Sequence record: SRR31156797_4759
Direction: 5' to 3' (one strand)
DNA length: 32,789 nucleotides
Part shown: positions 28,676 through 32,789 of the stretch, piece after piece
How positions within the stretch are numbered: position 1 is the stretch's first letter
Layout of the letters: each line of letters begins with the position of its first letter
Position numbers and translations under genes: made by a program
Notes under the pieces: generated by a model
Told to the model about the DNA's origin: nothing
Databases searched by the model: none
What the model saw: the letters and a program-made list of their open reading frames with translations, nothing else

Positions 28676-29254
28676 TTAATTTAGTGCCCAGTTAATGGCG
28701 TTTTCTAACAGTGTTGCTCCCTGTGTTGTCATGATGGATTCAGGATGAAATTGGAATCCACAGATTTTGTCTTGTTCATGTACCACTGACATTACCAGAC
28801 CATCCACTTCAGCGGTAACGGTCAGTTGGTCTGATACATGTGTTGCAACCAAAGAGTGATAACGAGCTATCGCTAGTGGTGACGGTAGTCCCTGATAGAG
28901 CGCATGGCCTTGATGTTCCATCATGGAAACTTTGCCATGAACTATTTCACCCGCGCCAGCAACAGTACCGCCATACGCTTCAACAATTGCCTGATGACCT
29001 AAGCAGATCCCTATCATAGGTACTTTGCCTTTCAGACGCTGAATAATCTCCGGCATAACACCCGCTTCAGAGGGTGCGCCTGGGCCAGGTGAGAGCACTA
29101 TTACTGGCTGTTCCAAAGCTTCTACCGCGGTTTGAATGGTATCTGCTGCAATGTGGTTACGGTAAATCGTTACCTTGTGACCCAGTGAACGAAACTGATC
29201 AACCAGGTTGTAGGTGAAAGAATCAAAGTTGTCGATAAATACGATATTCGCCAT
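28676..29254 (-). CDS. trpG: Anthranilate synthase component II
   Basis: IDNFDSFTYNL, SPGPG, GICLGHQ, QFHPES. Confidence 0.96.
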   Translation of the reverse strand: MANIVFIDNFDSFTYNLVDQFRSLGHKVTIYRNHIAADTIQTAVEALEQPVIVLSPGPGAPSEAGVMPEIIQRLKGKVPMIGICLGHQAIVEAYGGTVAGAGEIVHGKVSMMEHQGHALYQGLPSPLAIARYHSLVATHVSDQLTVTAEVDGLVMSVVHEQDKICGFQFHPESIMTTQGATLLENAINWALN

Positions 29255-29270
29255 GAGTTTTTTCTCCTAC

Positions 29271-30857
29271 CTATCTTTTATTAGAGCAAGCTGGCGCTTG
29301 ATGAGCATGTTGAATGGCAGAGATAACGGCTTGAGCTTTACCGCGTGTTTCATCGGCTTCTGCTTGCGGGTCTGAATCGAATACCACTCCCGCACCAGCC
29401 TGAACTTGCGCAATGCCATTTTCGACATAAGCAGAACGAATTACGATACACGTATCTAAATCGCCTTCACCAGTCAGGTAACCAACCGCGCCGCCGTAGC
29501 TTCCTCTGCGCTCTTTCTCTACATCGCGAATCAGTTGCATGGCACGAATCTTTGGCGCGCCGGTTAATGTACCCATATTCATACACGCCTGATAAGCATG
29601 AAGCGCATCTAAATCGTAACGAAGTTGACCAACCACACGTGACACTAAGTGCATTACATGGCTGTAGCGGTCAACTTGAAGTAAGTCGGCCACATGGCGA
29701 CTTCCCGCCTCTGCGATACGAGCGACGTCATTACGCGCTAAGTCAACCAGCATCATGTGCTCTGCGTTTTCTTTCTTATCCAAGCGAAGTTCTAGCTCAA
29801 TACGGCTATCTAAATCGAAATCGATGCTTCCGTCTGCACGTTTACCTCGGCGGCGAGTACCTGCAATTGGGTATATTTCCACTTGATTCGTTTGCTTTTC
29901 ATATTTCAACGCACTTTCTGGTGAGGCCCCGAAAAGTGTGAAACGCTCGTCTTGCATGTAGAACATGTAAGGGCTTGGGTTACTTTTTTTCAGTTGCTCG
30001 TAAGCGGCAAGCGGAGAAGGGCAAGGTAGACGGAATCGTCGAGAAGGTACAACCTGGAAGATGTCGCCTTTGATTACGTAGTCTTTTAACTTAGAAACAA
30101 TGTCGCAATATTCTTCGTCACTGATGTTCGTTTCAACGGTAACGTCACTAATCTGCTTTGCCTGAGGTTGAAGTTGTGGAATTGCGGCCTGTTCAGTAAT
30201 AACACCAAGACGTTCAACCAGTGTATTGTGAATCTCAGTGGTGCGGGCAAACGCGGTTGCCTGAAGCTGGCAAGCTTCGGTTTGGTGGTCAACAACCATC
30301 AGAGTTTCAGCAACGTAGAACACGTAATCCGGACACTGGTTAATGTCTGCTGCATCGCCCAGTGGTTCAAAATTTGCAACCAAATCGTAAGCGAATAAAC
30401 CACCGATAAAAATTGCGTGCTTGTCTTGGTTGGTGAGGTCAAAACTGTGCTGAACTAAACGCAGAGCATCGAACGATGAGGCTTCTTTCAAGCGAGAGTC
30501 TTCATCTAACGTGTCGCAAGGCGTTTCGAAATTTAATGTCAGTAGTTTGCCTTCTAGCGTTGCTGGAATGTCTTTAACAACGTTGCTGTTTAAGATGTTA
30601 ATCAGTTCTACGCCATTATCTGTTAAAGCCTGAAAAGTGACAGTATGGCCCAAACAAGTGATGCGGACGGCAGCATCTATCAATAGCAAGCTTTTCAGGT
30701 TTTGCTTCGAATCAATCTCAGCGGATTCAAGTAGCAAGCAGTCTGTTTTGTCTTCACACAGTGCGTGGAAGAGTGCTGTTGGATCTTGCGTGTAAGGAAT
30801 TGATGTTTGAATCACTTCAAGTTGTGCAAGATTTTTGATTTCAATGGCCTTGTTCAC
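29271..30857 (-). CDS. trpE: Anthranilate synthase component I
   Basis: LLESAE, NPSPYM, PIAGTR.RG, EHMMLVDLARND; GTG start after AAGGAGG. Confidence 0.98.
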   Translation of the reverse strand: MNKAIEIKNLAQLEVIQTSIPYTQDPTALFHALCEDKTDCLLLESAEIDSKQNLKSLLLIDAAVRITCLGHTVTFQALTDNGVELINILNSNVVKDIPATLEGKLLTLNFETPCDTLDEDSRLKEASSFDALRLVQHSFDLTNQDKHAIFIGGLFAYDLVANFEPLGDAADINQCPDYVFYVAETLMVVDHQTEACQLQATAFARTTEIHNTLVERLGVITEQAAIPQLQPQAKQISDVTVETNISDEEYCDIVSKLKDYVIKGDIFQVVPSRRFRLPCPSPLAAYEQLKKSNPSPYMFYMQDERFTLFGASPESALKYEKQTNQVEIYPIAGTRRRGKRADGSIDFDLDSRIELELRLDKKENAEHMMLVDLARNDVARIAEAGSRHVADLLQVDRYSHVMHLVSRVVGQLRYDLDALHAYQACMNMGTLTGAPKIRAMQLIRDVEKERRGSYGGAVGYLTGEGDLDTCIVIRSAYVENGIAQVQAGAGVVFDSDPQAEADETRGKAQAVISAIQHAHQAPACSNKR

Positions 30858-30932
30858 AAGACCTCCTTATTAATTCTGTTGTGTTTGTCGGTATTGAAAT
30901 GATGGTTTGGAGAAACCGACTTAATAACTGAT

Positions 30933-30963
30933 AAAAGAAAAGCCCGCTGGTTGAGCGGGCTTT
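30933..30963 (-). terminator. trp attenuator terminator
   Basis: Minus strand AAAGCCCGCT-caacc-AGCGGGCTTTTCTTTT; the leader segment TTGGCGGGCT can pair with its 5' arm as antiterminator. Confidence 0.9.
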
Positions 30964-30985
30964 ATAAATGCTTTGTTCTGTTTAC

Positions 30986-31108
30986 TTAATCAGAGAAGCA
31001 TGACTTAGCCCGCCAAGAAAATGACCAAATACGCCACCAATTCAGAGCAAGCTTAGTAGAAGCTGTGCTTAAATTAGAATATGGGTTTGCGTTAATTTCT
31101 TGTAACAT
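30986..31108 (-). CDS. trpL: trp operon leader peptide (40 aa)
   Basis: Hand-translated MLQEINANPYSNLSTASTKLALNWWRIWSFSWRAKSCFSD*, with 4 Trp codons. Confidence 0.9.
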   Translation of the reverse strand: MLQEINANPYSNLSTASTKLALNWWRIWSFSWRAKSCFSD

Positions 31109-31139
31109 AGGAAGCCTTAATTTGTGCTCTCGTATTTGT

Positions 31140-31173
31140 GTACTAGTAAACTAGTGCGAGAGGTGAAAGTCAA
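31140..31173 (-). promoter_or_regulatory. trp promoter with overlapping TrpR operator
   Basis: GTACTAGTAAACTAGTGC (31140-31157); minus strand -35 TTGACT, 17 nt spacer, -10 TTTACT. Confidence 0.88.
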
Positions 31174-31201
31174 GCCTTAAAAGCGGCCAAATTTAAAAAA
31201 T

Positions 31202-32074
31202 ATGAAAATAGACTTACATAGTCATACGACAGCTTCTGACGGACGAATGTCTCACGAAGAACTTATAGAGAGAGCCGTCGGCTTTAATCTCGACGTTTTG
31301 GCGATTACCGATCACGATACGATAGACGCTTTGGCACCTGCGCGTGCTTATATTGAAGAGAAACAGCATCCTTTAACTCTGATTAATGGCATTGAAATCT
31401 CTACGGTCTGGCAAAACAAAGACATCCACATTGTGGGTCTCAATATTGATCCAGATAATGCTCAGTTAGCTGCATTGATTGAGCAACAAAAGCAGCACCG
31501 TGTTACTAGGGCAGAACTCATCGCTCATCGATTACAAAAATCGACCCGTGAAGGCGTATTAGAAGAAGTGCAGGCTATTGCTGGCGATGCACCAATCACG
31601 CGTGCCCATTTTGCTAAATGGCTGGTTGATAACGGTTTTGCCAAGAATATGCAGCAAGTGTTTAAGAAATTTTTGACCAGAGATAATCCAGGTTACGTAC
31701 CGCCAAACTGGTGTACTATGGCGGATGCTGTCAGCGCAATACATGCCGCTGGAGGCAAGGCGGTACTTGCTCATCCGGCTCGATATAACTTGACGGCAAA
31801 GTGGGTTAAGCGCTTAATTACTGCGTTTGTAGAAGCAGGTGGTGACGCAATGGAAGTTGCTCAGCCGCAACAAGCGCCACAAGAAAGACGCACTTTGGCC
31901 GATTATGCTATACAATACAATCTATTAGCTTCTCAAGGCAGTGATTTCCATTATCCTTCTCCGTGGATGGAGTTAGGGCGTAATCTATGGTTGCCTTCTG
32001 GTGTCGAACCTGTCTGGAAAGATTGGAAGATGCCTTCCCAAGATAGAGTCGCGAGACTCAATAGTGAGGAATAA
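31202..32074 (+). CDS. yciV: PHP-domain nuclease/phosphatase YciV (RNase AM, TrpH)
   Basis: [33 protein letters not shown]. Confidence 0.94.
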   Translation: MKIDLHSHTTASDGRMSHEELIERAVGFNLDVLAITDHDTIDALAPARAYIEEKQHPLTLINGIEISTVWQNKDIHIVGLNIDPDNAQLAALIEQQKQHRVTRAELIAHRLQKSTREGVLEEVQAIAGDAPITRAHFAKWLVDNGFAKNMQQVFKKFLTRDNPGYVPPNWCTMADAVSAIHAAGGKAVLAHPARYNLTAKWVKRLITAFVEAGGDAMEVAQPQQAPQERRTLADYAIQYNLLASQGSDFHYPSPWMELGRNLWLPSGVEPVWKDWKMPSQDRVARLNSEE

Positions 32075-32076
32075 TA

Positions 32077-32697
32077 ATGAGCCAGTATTTTTATGTTCAT
32101 CCAGAAAACCCACAAGCACGTTTAATTAATCAGGCCGTTGCTATCATCCGCAATGGTGGTGTGATTGTTTATCCAACCGATTCTGGTTATGCGTTGGGCT
32201 GTCAGTTAGAAAACAAACAAGCGTTAGACCGTATTTGTCAGATCCGCCGATTAGATGACAAACATAACTTCACTCTGTTGTGCCGTGACCTTTCAGAAAT
32301 TTCTCTTTATGCACGAGTGGATAACACAGCATTCCGCTTGTTGAAGAATAATACTCCGGGACCATACACCTTTATTTTTAAGGGGACCAAAGAGGTGCCG
32401 CGTCGTTTAATGAATCCGAAACGTAAAACGATTGGTATCCGTGTTCCAAACAATAAAATCGCACTCGATTTATTGGAAGCGCTTGGCGAACCATTGATGT
32501 CGACTTCTTTAATTCTTCCGGGTAATGAGACGACAGAGGCTGACCCTGATGAAATTCGAGACAGCTTAGAACATGCGGTTGATGTCATTTTGAACGGTGG
32601 ATATCTGGGCGAGCAGCCAACCACAGTTATCGATTTCAGCGATGATGAACCACAAGTACTACGCTTGGGCGCAGGCGATCCTGTACCGTTTGAATAG
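32077..32697 (+). CDS. yciO: YciO (Sua5/YrdC family)
   Basis: MSQYFYVHPENPQ.RLI.QA, YPTDSGYALGC, PGPYTFI, IGIRVP. Confidence 0.94.
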   Translation: MSQYFYVHPENPQARLINQAVAIIRNGGVIVYPTDSGYALGCQLENKQALDRICQIRRLDDKHNFTLLCRDLSEISLYARVDNTAFRLLKNNTPGPYTFIFKGTKEVPRRLMNPKRKTIGIRVPNNKIALDLLEALGEPLMSTSLILPGNETTEADPDEIRDSLEHAVDVILNGGYLGEQPTTVIDFSDDEPQVLRLGAGDPVPFE

Positions 32698-32720
32698 CAT
32701 TGGAAAGCGGATTTCATCAA

Positions 32721-32760
32721 TGAGCCCACTTTTACGCTCAATAACGTTGAAAGGGGCTCA
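32721..32760. other. Imperfect hairpin downstream of yciO
   Basis: TGAGCCC...GGGCTCA arms with additional inner pairing; no U tail on the plus strand. Confidence 0.4.
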
Positions 32761-32789
32761 CCATTCCTACCGTTATTAAGCTTGCTCTG

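Noticed and set aside
1-32789. CRISPR array, tRNA/rRNA, integrase, transposase or defence genes
   Set aside because: No regularly spaced repeats, RNA gene signatures or recombinase motifs recognised.

Overview
Vibrionaceae-type chromosomal window (Vibrio-style trpL-E-G-D-C/F-B-A with separate trpG and trpD, aspS-type pilotin next to metE) in two parts. (1) ~1-17550 is an accessory block. It holds the end of a secondary, lateral-type flagellar gene cluster: flagellin 3' end, a short degenerate flagellin paralogue, then fliD-fliS-lafD-fliK-fliL-fliA-motA-motB in lafB-lafU order. Co-directionally downstream come an unknown membrane protein, a Maf-type flagellin glycosyltransferase with an abutting small helical ORF, and a complete 7-gene legionaminic-acid-type (LegB-C-G-I-H-PtmE-LegF) pathway. 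The block ends in a convergent membrane sensor with a degenerate GGDEF domain. (2) ~17670-32789 is core backbone: metE (Met boxes and a MetR-like site, but no adjacent metR), pilotin, yciI, yciA, yciB/ispZ, a small GemA-like ORF behind a perfect sigma-54 promoter, a DAACS transporter behind a PurR box, the trp operon with attenuator, leader and TrpR operator, yciV and yciO. No rRNA, tRNA, CRISPR, integrase or IS was recognised. All homology calls come from motif recognition by eye, not from database searches.
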